NCBI GenBank assembly: GCA_964016885.1 | Contig: OZ024742.1 | Location: 11,098,001 to 11,162,000 of the forward strand | Reading direction: 5' to 3' | Origin: Eledone cirrhosa | Taxonomy: Eukaryota | DNA length: 64,000 bases | Part shown: positions 43,601-56,915 of the stretch, in pieces | Position numbering within the stretch: position 1 is the stretch's first letter | How the letters are laid out: the number at the start of each line of letters is the position of its first letter | Position numbers and translations under genes: made by a program | The notes under the pieces: generated by a model | Seen by the model: the letters and a program-made list of their open reading frames with translations, nothing else | The model's database searches: none | What the model was told of the DNA's origin: nothing

Positions 43601-46600
43601 CTGGGTCATAGCACACCTTACAGGTGATATACTCAGGTAAGGTGGATATATCTGGGCTAGGACAACTTACAGATTATATACTCAGGTAAGGTGGATATAT
43701 CTGTGTCATAGGACACCTTACAGGTGATATACTCAGGTAAGGTGGATATATCTGGTTTAGGACACCTTACAGTGGATATACTCAGGTAAGGTGGATATAT
43801 CTGTGTCATAGGACACCTTACAGGTGATATACTCAGGTGAGGTGGATATATCTGTGTCATAGGACACCTTACAGGTGATATACTCAGGTGAGGTGGATAT
43901 ATCTGCGTCATAGGACACTTTACAGGTGATATATTCAGGTAACGTGGATATAACTGGTCTAGGACACCTTACAGGTGATATACTCAGGTAAAGGTGGATA
44001 TATCTGGGTTAGGACATCTTAGAAGTGATATACACACGTAAGGTGGATATATCTGGGTTAGGACACCTTACAGGTGATATACACAGGTAAGGGGGGATAT
44101 ATCTGGGTTAGGACACCTTACAGGTGATATACTCAGGTAAGGTGGATATATCTGGGTTAGGACACCTTACAGGTGATATACTCTGGTAAGGTGGGTATAT
44201 CTGGGTTAGGACACCTTACAGTTGATATACTCAGGTAAGGTGGATATATCTTGGTTAGGACACCTTACAGGTGATATACACACGTAAGGTGGATATATCG
44301 GGGTTAGGACACCTTACAGGTGATATACACACGTAAGGTGGATATATATGGGTTAGGACACCTTACAGGTGATATACTCAGGTAAGGTGGATATATCTGG
44401 GTTAGGACACCTTACAGGTGATATACTCAGGTAAGGTGGATATATGTGGGTCATAGATCACCTTACAGGTGATATACTCAGGTAAGGGGTATATATCTGG
44501 GTTAGGACACCTTACAGGTGATATACTCTGGTAATGTGGATATATCTGGGTTAGGACTCCTTACAGGTGATATACTCAGGTAAGGGGGATATATCTGTGT
44601 TAGGACACCTTACACGTGTATATACTCAGGTAAGGTGCATATATCTGGGTCATAGGACACCTTACAAGTTATATACTCAGGTAAGGTGGATATATCTGGG
44701 TCATAGGACACCTTTCAGGTGATATACTCAGGTAAGGTGGGTATATCTGGGTTAGGACACCTTACAGGTGTATATACTCAGGTAAGGTGGATATATCTGG
44801 TTTAGGACACCTTACAGGTGATATACTCAGGTAAGGTCGATATATCTGGGTTAGGACACCTTACAGGTGATATACTCAGGTAAGGTGGATATATATGTGT
44901 CATAGGACAGCTTACAGGTGATATACGCAGGTATGGTGGATATATCTGCGTCATAGGACACTTTACAGGTGATATATTCAGGTAATGTGGATATATCTGG
45001 TCTAGGACACCTTACAGGTGATATACTCAGGTAAGGTGGATCTATCTGGGTTAGGACACCTTACAGGTGATATACTCAGGTAGGGTGGATATATCTGGGT
45101 TAGGACACCTTACAGGTGATATACTCAGGTAAGGTGGATATATCTGGGTTAGGACACCTTACATGTGATATACTCAGGTAAGGTGGATATATCTGTGTTA
45201 GGACACCTTACAGCTGATATACTCAGGTAAGGTGGGTATATCTGGGTTAGGACACCTTACAGGTGATATACTCAGGTAAGGTGGATATATCTGGGTTAGG
45301 ACAGCTTACAGGTGATATACTCAGGTGAGGTGGATATATCTGGTTTAGGACACCTTACAGGTGATATACACAGGTAAGGTGGATATATATCGGTTAGGAC
45401 ACCTGACAGGTGATATACTCAGGTAAGGTGGATATCTCTGGGTTAGCACACCTTACAGGTAATATACTCAGGTAAGGTGGATATATCTGGGTCATAGGAC
45501 ACCTTACAGGTGATATACTCAGGTAAGGTGGATATATATGGGTTAGGACACCTTACAGGTGATATACACAGGTAAGGGGATATATCTGGGTTAGGACACC
45601 TTACAGGTGATATACTCAGGTAAGGTGGATATATCTGGGTCATAGGACACCTTAGAGGTGATATACTCAGGTAAGGTGGATATATGTGGGTCATAGATCA
45701 CCTTACATGTGATATACTCAGGTAAGGGGGATATATCTGGGTTAGGACACCTTACAGGTGATATATTCTGGTAAGGTGGATATATCTGGGTTAGGACTCC
45801 TTACAGGTGATATATTCAGGTAAGGGGGATATATCTGGGTTAGGACACATTACAGGTGTATATACTCAGGTAAGATGCATATATCTGGGTCATAGAAACC
45901 TTACAAGTGATATACTCAGGTAAGGTGGATATAACTGGGTCATAGGACACCTTACAGGTGATATACGCAGCTAAGGTGGATATATCTGGGTCATAGCACA
46001 CCTTACAGGTGATATACTCAGGTAAGGTGGATATATCTGGGCTAGGACAACTTACAGATTATATACTCAGGTAAGGTGGATATATCTGGTTTAGGACACC
46101 TTACAGGTGATATACTCAGGTAAGGTGGATATATCTGGTTTAGGACACCTTACAGTTGATATACTCAGGTAAGGTGGATATATCTGTCATAGGACACCTT
46201 ACAGGTGATATACTCAGGTGAGGTGGATATATCTGTGTCATAGGACACCTTACAGGTGATATACTCAGGTGAGGTGGATATATCTGCGTCATAGGACACT
46301 TTACAGGTGATATATTCAGGTAACGTGGATATAACTGGTCTAGGACACCTTACAGGTGATATACTCAGGTAAAGGTGGATATATCTGGGTTAGGACATCT
46401 TAGAAGTGATATACACACGTAAGGTGGATATATGTGGGTTAGGACACCTTACAGGTGATATACACAGGTAAGGGGGGATATATCTGGGTTAGGACACCTT
46501 ACAGGTGATATACTCAGGTAAGGTGGATATATCTGGGTTAGGACACCTTACAGGTGATATACTCTGGTAAGGTGGGTATATCTGGGTTAGGACACCTTAC

Positions 46601-49600
46601 AGTTGATATACTCAGGTAAGGTGGATATATCTTGGTTAGGACACCTTACAGGTGATATACACACGTAAGGTGGATATATCGGGGTTAGGACACCTTACAG
46701 GTGATATACACACGTAAGGTGGATATATATGGGTTAGGACACCTTACAGGTGATATAGTCAGGTAAGGTGGATATATGTGGGTCATAGATCACCTTACAG
46801 GTGATATACTCAGGTAAGGGGTATATATCTGGGTTAGGACTCCTTACAGGTGATATACTCTGGTAATGTGGATATATCTGGGTTAGGACTCCTTACAGGT
46901 GATATACTCAGGTAAGGGGGATATATCTGTGTTAGGACACCTTACAGGTGTATATACTCAGGTAAGGTGCATATATCTGGGTCATAGGACACCTTACAAG
47001 TTATATACTCAGGTAAGGTGGATATATCTGGGTCATAGGACACCTTTCAGGTGATATACTCAGGTAAGGTGGGTATATCTGGGTTAGGACACCTTACAGG
47101 TGTATATACTCAGGTAAGGTGGATATATCTGGTTTAGGACACCTTACAGGTGATATACTAAGGTAAGTTGGATATATCTTGTTCATAGGACACCTTACAG
47201 CTGATATACTCAGGTAAGGTGGATATATCTGGGTTAGGACACCTTACAGTTGATATACTCAGGTAAGGTGGATATATATGTGTCATAGGACAGCTTACAG
47301 GTGATATACGCAGGTATGGTGGATATATCTGCGTCATAGGACACTTTACAGGTGATATATTCAGGTAATGTGGATATATCTGGTCTAGGACACCTTACAG
47401 GTGATATACTCAGGTAAGGTGGATCTATCTGGGTTAGGACACCTTACAGGTGATATACTCAGGTAAGGTGGATATATCTGGGTTAGGACACCTTACAGGT
47501 GATATACTCAGGTAAGGTGGATATATCTGGGTTAGGACACCTTATATGTGATATACTCAGGTAAGGTGGATATATCTGGGTTAGGACACATTACAGCTGA
47601 TATACTCAGGTAAGGTGGGTATATCTGGGTTAGGACACCTTACAGGTGATATACTCAGGTAAGGTGGATATATCTGGGTTAGGACAGCTTACAGGTGATA
47701 TACTCAGGTAAGGTGGATATATCTGGGTTAGGACACCTGACAGGTGATATACTCAGGTAAGGTGGATATCTCTGGGTTAGCACACCTTACAGGTAATATA
47801 CTCAGGTAAGGTGGATATATCTGGGTTAGGACACCTTACAGGTGATATACTCAGGTAAGGTGGATATATCTGGGTTAGGACAGCTTACAGGTGATATACT
47901 CAGGTAAGGTGGATATATCTGGGTTAGGACACCTGACAGGTGATATACTCAGGTAAGGTGGATATCTCTGGGTTAGCACACCTTACAGGTGATATACTCA
48001 GGTAAGGTGGATATATCTGGGTTAGGACACCTTACAGTTGATATACTCAGGTGAGGTGGATATATCTGGTTTAGGACACCTTACAGGTGATATACTCAGG
48101 TAAGGTGGATATATATCGGTTAGGACACCTGACAGGTGATATACTCAGGTAAGGTGGATATCTCTGGGTTAGCACACCTTACAGGTAATATACTCAGGTA
48201 AGGTGGATATATCTGGGTCATAGGACACCTTACAGGTGATATACTCAGGTAAGGTGGATATATATGGGTTAGGACACCTTACAGGTGATATACTCAGGTA
48301 AGGTGGATATATCTGGGTTAGGACACCTTACAGGTGATATACTCAGGTAAGGTGGATGTATCTGGTCTAGGACACCTTACAGGTGATATACTCAGGTAAG
48401 GTGGATATATCTGGGTTAGGACACCTTACAGGTGATATACTCAGGTAAGGTGGATATATCTGGCTTAGGACACCTTACAGGTGATATACTCAGGTAAGGT
48501 GGGTATATCTGGGTTAGGACACCTTACAGGAGATATACTCAGGTAAGGTGGGTATATCTGGGTTAGGACACCTTACAGGTGATATACTCAGGTGAGGTGG
48601 GTATATCTGGTTTAGGACACCTTACAGTTGATATACTCAGGTGAGGTGGGTATATCTGGTTTAGGACACCTTACAGGTGATATACTCAGGTAAGGTGGAT
48701 ATATCTGGGTTAGGACACCTTACAGGTGATATACTCAGGTAAGCTGGATATATCTGGGTTAGGACACCTTACAGGTGATATACTCAGGTAAGGTGGGTAT
48801 ATCTGGGTTAGGACAACTTACAGGTGATATACTCAGGTAAGGTGGATATATCTGGGTTAGGACACCTTACAGGTGATATACTCAGGTAAGGTGGATATAT
48901 CTGGGTTACGACACCTTACAGGTGATATACTCAGGTAAGGTGGGTATATCTGGGTTAGGACACCTTACAGGTAATATACTCAGGTAAGGTGGATATATCT
49001 GGGTTAGGACACTTTCCAGGTGATATACTCAGGTGATGTGGATATATCTGGTCTAGGACACCTTACAGGTGATATACTCAGGTAAGGTGGATATATGTGG
49101 GTTAGGACACCTTACAGTTGATATACTCAGGTAAGGTGGATATATCTGGTCTAGGACAACTTACAGGTGATATACTCAGGTAAGGTGGATATATGTGGGT
49201 TAGGACACCTTACAGTTGATATACTCAGGTAAGGTGGATATATCTGGTCTAGGACACCTTACAGGTGATATACTCAGGTAAGGTGGATATATCTGGGTAA
49301 GGACACCTTACAGTTGATATACTCAGGTAAGGTGGATATATCTGGGTTAGGACACCTTGCAGGGGATATAATCAGGTGAGGTGGATATATCTGGTCTAGG
49401 ACACCTTACAGGTGATATACTCAGGTAAGGTGGATATATCTGGGTTAGGACACTTTACAGGTGATATACTCAGGTGAGGTGGATATATCTGGTCTAGGAC
49501 ACCTTACAGTTGATATACTCAGGTAAGGTGGATATATCTGGGTTAGGACACTTTACAGGTGATATACTCAGGTGAGGTGGATATATCTGGGTTAGGACAC

Positions 49601-52600
49601 CTTACAGGTGATATACTCAGGTGAGGTGGATATATCTGGTCTAGGACACCTTACAGGTGATATACTCAGGTTAGGTGGATATATCTGTGTTAGGACACCT
49701 TACAGGTGATCTACTCAGGTAAGGTGGATATATCTGGGTTATGACACCTTACAGTTGATATACTCAGGTAAGGTGGATATATCTGGGTTAGGACAACTTA
49801 CAGGTGATTTACTCAGGTAAGGTGGATATATCTGTGTCATAGGACACCTTACAGGTGATATACTCAGGTAAGGTGGATATATCTGGGTTAGGACACCTTA
49901 CAGGTGATATACTCAGGTAAGGTGGATATATCTGGGTTAGGACACCTTACAGGTGATATACTCAGGTAAGGTGGGTATATCTGGGTTAGGACACCTTACG
50001 GGTGATATACTCTGGTAAGGTGGATATATCTGGGTTAGGACACCTTACAGGTGATATAATCAGGTAAGGTGGATATATCTGGGTTATGACACCTTACATG
50101 TGATATACTCAGGTAAGGTGGATATATCTGGGCTAGGACACCTTACAGGGGATATACTCAGGTAAGGTGGATATATCTGGGTTATGACACCTTACAGGTG
50201 ATATACTCAGGTAAGGTGGATATATATGGTCTAGGACACCTTACAGGTGATATACTCAGGTAAGGTGGATATATCTGGGTTAGGACACATTACAGGTGAT
50301 ATACTCAGGTAAGGTGGATATATCTGGGTTAGGACACATTACAGGTGATATACTCAGGTAAGGTGGATATATCTGGGTTAGGACACCTTACAGGTGATAT
50401 ACTCAGGTAAGGTGGATATATCTGGGTTATGACACCTTACAGGGGATATACTCAGGTAAGGTGGATATATCTGGGTTAGGACACCTTACAGGTGATATAC
50501 TCTGGTAAGGGGGATATATCTGGGTTAGGACACCTTACAGTTGATATACTCAGGTAAGGTGGATATATCTGGGCTAGGACACCTTACAGGGGATATACTC
50601 TGGTAAGGGGGATATATCTGGGTTAGGACACCTTACAGGTGATATACTCTGGTAAGGTGGGTATATCTGGGTTAGGACACCTTACAGGTGATATACTCAG
50701 GTAAGGTGGGTATATCTGGGTTAGGAAACTTTACAGGTGATATACTCAGGTAAGGTGGATATATATGGGTTAGGACACCTTACAGGTGATATACTCAGGT
50801 AAGGTGGGTATATCTGGGTTAGGACACCTTACAGGTGATATACTCAGGTAAGGTGGGTATATCTGGGTTAGGACACTTTACAGGTGATATACTCAGGTAA
50901 GGTGGATATATCTGGTTTAGGACACCTTACAGGTGATATACTCAGGTAAGGTGGATATATCTGGGTTAGGACACCTTACAGGTGATATACTCAGGTAAGG
51001 TGGATATATCTGGGTTAGGACACCTTACAGGTGATATACTCAGTTAAGGTGGATATATCTGGTCTAGGACACCTTACAGGTGATATACTCAGGTAAGGTG
51101 GGTATATCTGGGTTAGGACACCTTACAGGTGATATACTCAGGTAAGGTGGATATATATGGGTTAGGACACCTGACAGCTGATATACTCAGGTAAGGTGGA
51201 TATATATGGGTTAGGACACCTTACAGGTGATATACTCAGGTAAGGTGGGTATATCTGGGTTAGGACACCTTACAGGTGATATACTCAGATAAGGTGGATA
51301 TATCTGGGTTATGACACCTTACATGTGATATACTCAGGTAAGGTGGATATATCTGGGCTAGGACACCTTACAGGGGATATACTCAGGTAAGGTGGATATA
51401 TCTGGGTTAGGACACCTTACAGGTGATATACTCAGGTAAGGTGGATATATATGGTCTAGGACACCTTACAGGTGATATACTCAGGTAAGGTGGATATATC
51501 TGGGTTAGGACACCTTACAGGTGATATACTCAGGTAAGGTGGGTATATCTGTGTTAGGACACCTTACAGGTGATATACTCAGGTAAGGTGGGTATATCTG
51601 TGTTAGGACACCTTACAGGTGATATACTCAGGTAAGGTGGATATATCTGGGTTAGGACACCTTACAGGTGATATACTCAGGTAAGGTGGGTATATCTGTG
51701 TTAGGACACCTTACAGGTGATATACACACGTAAGGTGGATATATCTGGGTTAGGACACCTTACAGGTGATATACTCAGGTAAGGTGGATATATCTGGGTT
51801 AGGACACCTTACAGGTGATATACTCAGGTAAGGTGGGTATATCTGTGTTAGGACACCTTACAGGTGATATACTCAGGTAAGGTGGATATATCTGGGTTAG
51901 GACACCTTACAGGTGATATACTCAGGTAAGGTGGATATATCTGGGTTAGGACACCTTACAGGTGATATACACAGGTAAGGTGGGTATATCTGGGTTAGGA
52001 CACCTTACAGGTGATATACTCAGGTAAGGTGGGTATATCTGTGTTAGGACACCTTACAGGTGATATACTCAGGTAAGGTGGATATATCTGGGTTATGACA
52101 CCTTACATGTGATATAATCAGGTAAGGTGGATATATCTGGGTTAGGACACCTTACAGGTGATATACTCAGGTAAGGTGGATATATCTGGGTTAGGACACC
52201 TTACAGGTGATATACTCAGGTAAGGTGGATATATATGGGTTAGGACACCTGACAGCTGATATACTCAGGTAAGGTGGATATATATGGGTTAGGACACCTT
52301 ACAGGTGATATACTCAGGTAGGGGGGATATATCTGGGTTAGGACACCTTACAGGTGATATACTCAGGTAAGGTGGATATATCTGGGCTAGGACACCTTAC
52401 AGGTGTCATACTCAGGTAGGGGGGATATATCTGGGTTAGGACACCTTACAGGTGATATACTCAGGTAAGGTGGATATATCTGGGTTAGGACACCTTACAG
52501 GTGATATACTCAGGTAGGGGGGATATATCTGAGTTAGGACACCTTACAGGTGATATACTCAGGTAAGGTGGATATATCTGGGCTAGGACACCTTACAGGT

Positions 52601-53560
52601 GATATACTCAGGTAAGGTGGATATATCTGGGTTAGGACACCTTACAGGTGATATACTCAGGTAGGGGGGATATATCTGAGTTAGGACACCTTACAGGTGA
52701 TATACTCAGGTAAGGTGGATATATCTGGGTTAGGACACCTTACAGGTGATATACTCAGGTAGGGGGATATATCTGAGTTAGGACACCTTACAGGTGATAT
52801 ACTCAGGTGAGGTGGATATATCTAGTTTAGGACACCTTACAGGTGATATACTCAGGTAGGGGGGATATATCTTTGTTAGGACACCTTACAGGTGATATAC
52901 TAAGGTAAGGTGGGTATATCTGGGTTAGGATACCTTACAGGTGATATACACAGGTAAGGTGGATATATCTGGGTTAGGACACCTTACAGGTGATATACTA
53001 AGGTAAGGTGGGTATATCTGGGTTCGGACACCTTACAGGTGATATACTCAGGTAAGGTGGATATATATGGGTTAGGACACCTTACAGGTGATATACTCTG
53101 GTAAGGTGGATATATCTGGGTTAGGACACCTTACAAGTGATTTACTTAGGTAAGGTGGATATATCTGGGTCATAGGACACCTTACAGGTGATATACTCAG
53201 GTAAGGTGGATATATCTGGGTCATAGGACACCTTACAGGTGATATACTCAAGTGAGGTCGATATATCTGGGTTAGGACACCTTACAGTTGATATACTGAG
53301 GTAAGGTGGACATATCTGGGTTAGGACACCTTACAGGTGATATACACAGGTAAGGTGGAAATATCTGGGCTAGAACACCTTACAGGTGTATATACTCAGG
53401 TAAGATGGATATATCTGGTCTATGACACCTTACAGGTGATATACTCAGGTAAGGTGGATATATCTTGGTTGTTAGGTAAGGTAGCTATATCTGGGTGACA
53501 ACAGATAGAAGTTCTTAAAAGTGATATTGTTAGGTAAGGTGGTTGTACCTGGGTGATAAT
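13657..53560. repeat. Giant 49/51-bp tandem satellite, consensus ggacaccttacaggtgatatactcaggtaaggtggatatatctgggtta (51-bp variant ends ...gggtcata), about 800 units; degenerate right edge at 53460-53560
   Basis: Period of 49 (aggacacc at 14101 and 14150). The 51-bp variant gives the 17-aa MTQIYPPYLSISPVRCP ORFs. No unique spacers. Confidence 0.98.
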
Positions 53561-53699
53561 CTTATTGACGTTTTCGATGGAATGACCGGCATTGGTGTGT
53601 AGACACCAACACCGACCATTACCCTCCACCACCCTCACCTCAACTCTCATCGACATAATTAGCCACTACCACCGCCACAACCACCACCACCATCTATTT

Positions 53700-53807
53700 C
53701 GCTCACCTTCTCCCTCTCACTCTCTCTCTATCTCTCTCTCTCTCTCTCTCACACTCACCTCCCCTCCCTCTATATATATCTTTCTCTCTTTCTCTCATAC
53801 ACTCACC

Positions 53808-53842
<35 letters not shown>

Positions 53843-53912
53843 CACTCACTTCACTCTTTCTCTCTCTCTCTCTCTCTCTCATACACTCACTTCACTCTTT
53901 CTCTCGCTCTCT
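53700..53912. repeat. (CT)n-rich low-complexity tract
   Basis: Direct reading. Confidence 0.85.
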
Positions 53913-54254
53913 GACTGGAAAAAAATCAGCTTTTCACACTTGGAGACGGGTATACTCTACCGATTTTTAACTTCCAAAGAGATGCCGTATATCGGAACCC
54001 TTTACGTCTCAATCAAGATTTAAGGGTTCCTGTATATAAGCAGTGTTCACCGAATCACGAGAAAATAATGAAGGAATCATTTCATTGAGAATTTTTCTTT
54101 TCTTTTACATAAAATATCTTGTACGATTCTTGTAGCCTCAATTCTCTATTTAAAAAATGGAATACTTCATCTATATACACTCTTTCGTCCTCTCTATTTC
54201 TATACACTGTTCTCCCCCCCCCCCCCTCTCTCTCTCTCTCAGACACACACACAC

Positions 54255-54257
<3 letters not shown>

Positions 54258-54309
<52 letters not shown>

Positions 54310-54393
54310 CATATATATATACATTATATATATATATATATATTAATAAAAGGAATTCCAACTTTGGATATATATATATGTATATATATATGC

Positions 54394-54426
<33 letters not shown>

Positions 54427-54477
54427 TATATACATTATATACATTATATATATATATATATATACTGTATATATATA

Positions 54478-54576
<99 letters not shown>

Positions 54577-54643
54577 TCTATATATATATATAAGGGTGAA
54601 AGCAGCGATACTTTGCTTAAATTTTAATCTGTTATTTAATAAA

Positions 54644-54721
<78 letters not shown>
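54258..54721. repeat. Interrupted (TA)n microsatellite cluster
   Basis: Direct reading; unique islands at 54344-54368 and 54591-54640. Confidence 0.9.
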
Positions 54722-54724
<3 letters not shown>

Positions 54725-55095
54725 ACATATAACCTATAGGAAATCATTACTGCTTTGTGTTTTTTTAAGCTGTCTTAAAATGATGTCTGCTGCATTTACT
54801 TCGCCATGTCTTCTGATATAATACTTCCCCCCTCCATATCTTCTACACAGCCATTAGTCGGTGTAAGACTATGAGAAGACAGATCAACTAAAAATGACAA
54901 CGAAATTTCCTACAAATCACAACCTATCTTTGTAATAAAAACAATTGGACGATGAAAATATTGATCTGCAGACTGTCAACTGGAATGTCACAGGGTACAC
55001 TAACAGTTTTAATAACAGTTTAGAAGTATTTTTTTGTTTTCATTTTCGTATTTTATAAAGAAAAACCTTGGAGATGAATAATATATGCTGTATAT

Positions 55096-55215
55096 GACGG
55101 CGCGTGGCTTAGTGGCGACACATTTGGATTAGCAACCGTGAGGTTGCTAGTTCAATTCCCGGACCGGGTAATAGATTATTTCCTTGAGCAAGACACTTTA
55201 ATTTACGTTGCTTCA
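55096..55215 (+). mobile_element. tRNA-derived CORE-type SINE (5' part)
   Basis: A-box tggcttagtgg, B-box agttcaattcc, then ccttgagcaagacacttta. Confidence 0.7.
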
Positions 55216-55314
55216 TCTGTCAGGAGTTACGATCAGTAGATACTATCAGATCAAGACTGACTTGGATGAAATAGCAATATAAACTATTCTCCAGTTTGAT
55301 GTTTACCAAAATAG

Positions 55315-55550
55315 GTTCGCTGGAAACACCGTCACTTGTTCGCCTTCTCCCACTTATTCCTGAGTGGGTCCTGGGAGAAGAGTCCACAAACACTCTTTCG
55401 AGCGGGTCCTGTCAGAAACACCCGTCTCCAATTGATCCGGCTGGATCCGCAAGCGAGACCAGTCAAGTTCATGGATGTTATCCAACAATCTTGCTCGGGT
55501 GTCTACCCCTGGGTCTCCGGAGAAAAAATTCTGGAGTTCTTTGATATCAG
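55315..55550 (+). CDS. Candidate coding exon, product unknown
   Basis: GC-richer island bounded by aatAG| and ATCAG|GTgtat. Open frame VRWKHRHLFAFSHLFLSGSWEKSPQTLFRAGPVRNTRLQLIRLDPQARPVKFMDVIQQSCSGVYPWVSGEKILEFFDI. Polypyrimidine tract is weak. Confidence 0.4.
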
Positions 55551-56282
55551 GTGTATTTTAATAAAATTGAATATAAACTTATTTTCAGAAGTGGAGATTT
55601 AAAAAAAAATATATGGTTTCCATTGTTTTTCTTTTAGGGGAATGGGGATTAATAGTAAAATCTAGAAGTGGAGATTATTCCAAAACTATAAATTTAAGTA
55701 CCTTTGTTTTTCAGGGTAGTTCCATTGTTTTTAAGAGTATTAGTACAATCTAGAGATAGGTCTCCCCAAAACTATAGATTTAAGTTCCATTGTTTTTCAG
55801 GATAGTGGAGAGTATGAGTAAAATCTAAATATGGGTTCTACGCACGTGGGCTAGATGATAAGATAATCTTAGAAACAAATACTGCGGTGTGTATGTATTG
55901 AAACTATTTTACGTAATTATTTCATTGATCTATCGACTTTCTAATTAATCTGTTGCTACACTGAAGTAGACTGATGTTAATTACAAAAATAATTTTAATA
56001 TTAAAACACTCCAATATCAGATTATTTATACTGATAAATCCTGTGTTGAAATATACTACATTGTAATATATCATGTATGTAAGTATATGAGTGGTTGTGT
56101 GTGTGTGTGTGGTGTGTGTGTGTGTGTGTGCATATGTATATGTGCATGCATACACTCACACACACACATATATATATATACTTACATTCTTATCTATCTA
56201 TCTCGCTCGCTCTCCCTCTCTCTTACTCCTAACTCTCTCTCTCTCTCTCTCTTACTCCTAACTCTCTCTCTCTCTTACTCCT

Positions 56283-56356
<74 letters not shown>

Positions 56357-56915
56357 AAGATGAATATAAAATGAAAGTGCTTTATTTGAAAAGGAATTTA
56401 TTAGGTATTGACATATGTTTCTGTAACAGGCGGAATACCTATGTATCGCTGCTTGCGTAATCATATAATGTTAGCAAGTATTCGATAGCAAATGTATAAT
56501 CAGTTGTCACTTCTTCAGAGATTCTGAATAAATTTTGATTTTTTCTTATCAGTAATGTTATTAAACCATCTTATTGCTTCATGAGTGTTACCCCATAGTT
56601 TAATTTCTACTTTAACCTTAACTTGGGGGATAATTCTGTCTAGTATATATTTGCTGATTTTGCCTATATCAGATTTAGAGGGGCATATAAGTCTAATCTT
56701 AGGGTTAGTATCGAAGTTTACCTTGTGGTCCTTCAGGTTGAAGGATGGTATAGCTGGTGTTAAGGGTTGCGTTCTATCGTCAATACAAAGTTTTTTAACA
56801 ATTACACATGTCGAGTTGTTGATGTTTTTAAGTGTAGCTTCATTAGTTTTCTTGTATTTTTTATGCAATTCCTTACGGATGAAGTTATTGTAAGTGTCCA
56901 CATCCATGGTATATA

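Noticed and set aside
16996-45694. Repeated ORFs MTQIYPPYLSISPVRCP / DPDISTLPEYITCKVS
   Set aside because: They arise only where 51-bp variants run consecutively; the dominant 49-bp unit shifts frame and introduces stops
13657-53470. CRISPR-like array (palindromic repeat unit)
   Set aside because: Units are contiguous with no unique spacers, there are no cas genes, and the context is eukaryotic
54119-54747. YI-repeat ORFs (also at about 9.1 kb and 61.5-61.9 kb)
   Set aside because: (TA)n, (TATG)n and (CA)n microsatellite translations
55096-55175. tRNA gene
   Set aside because: A/B boxes are present but no convincing cloverleaf, and it continues into a SINE core
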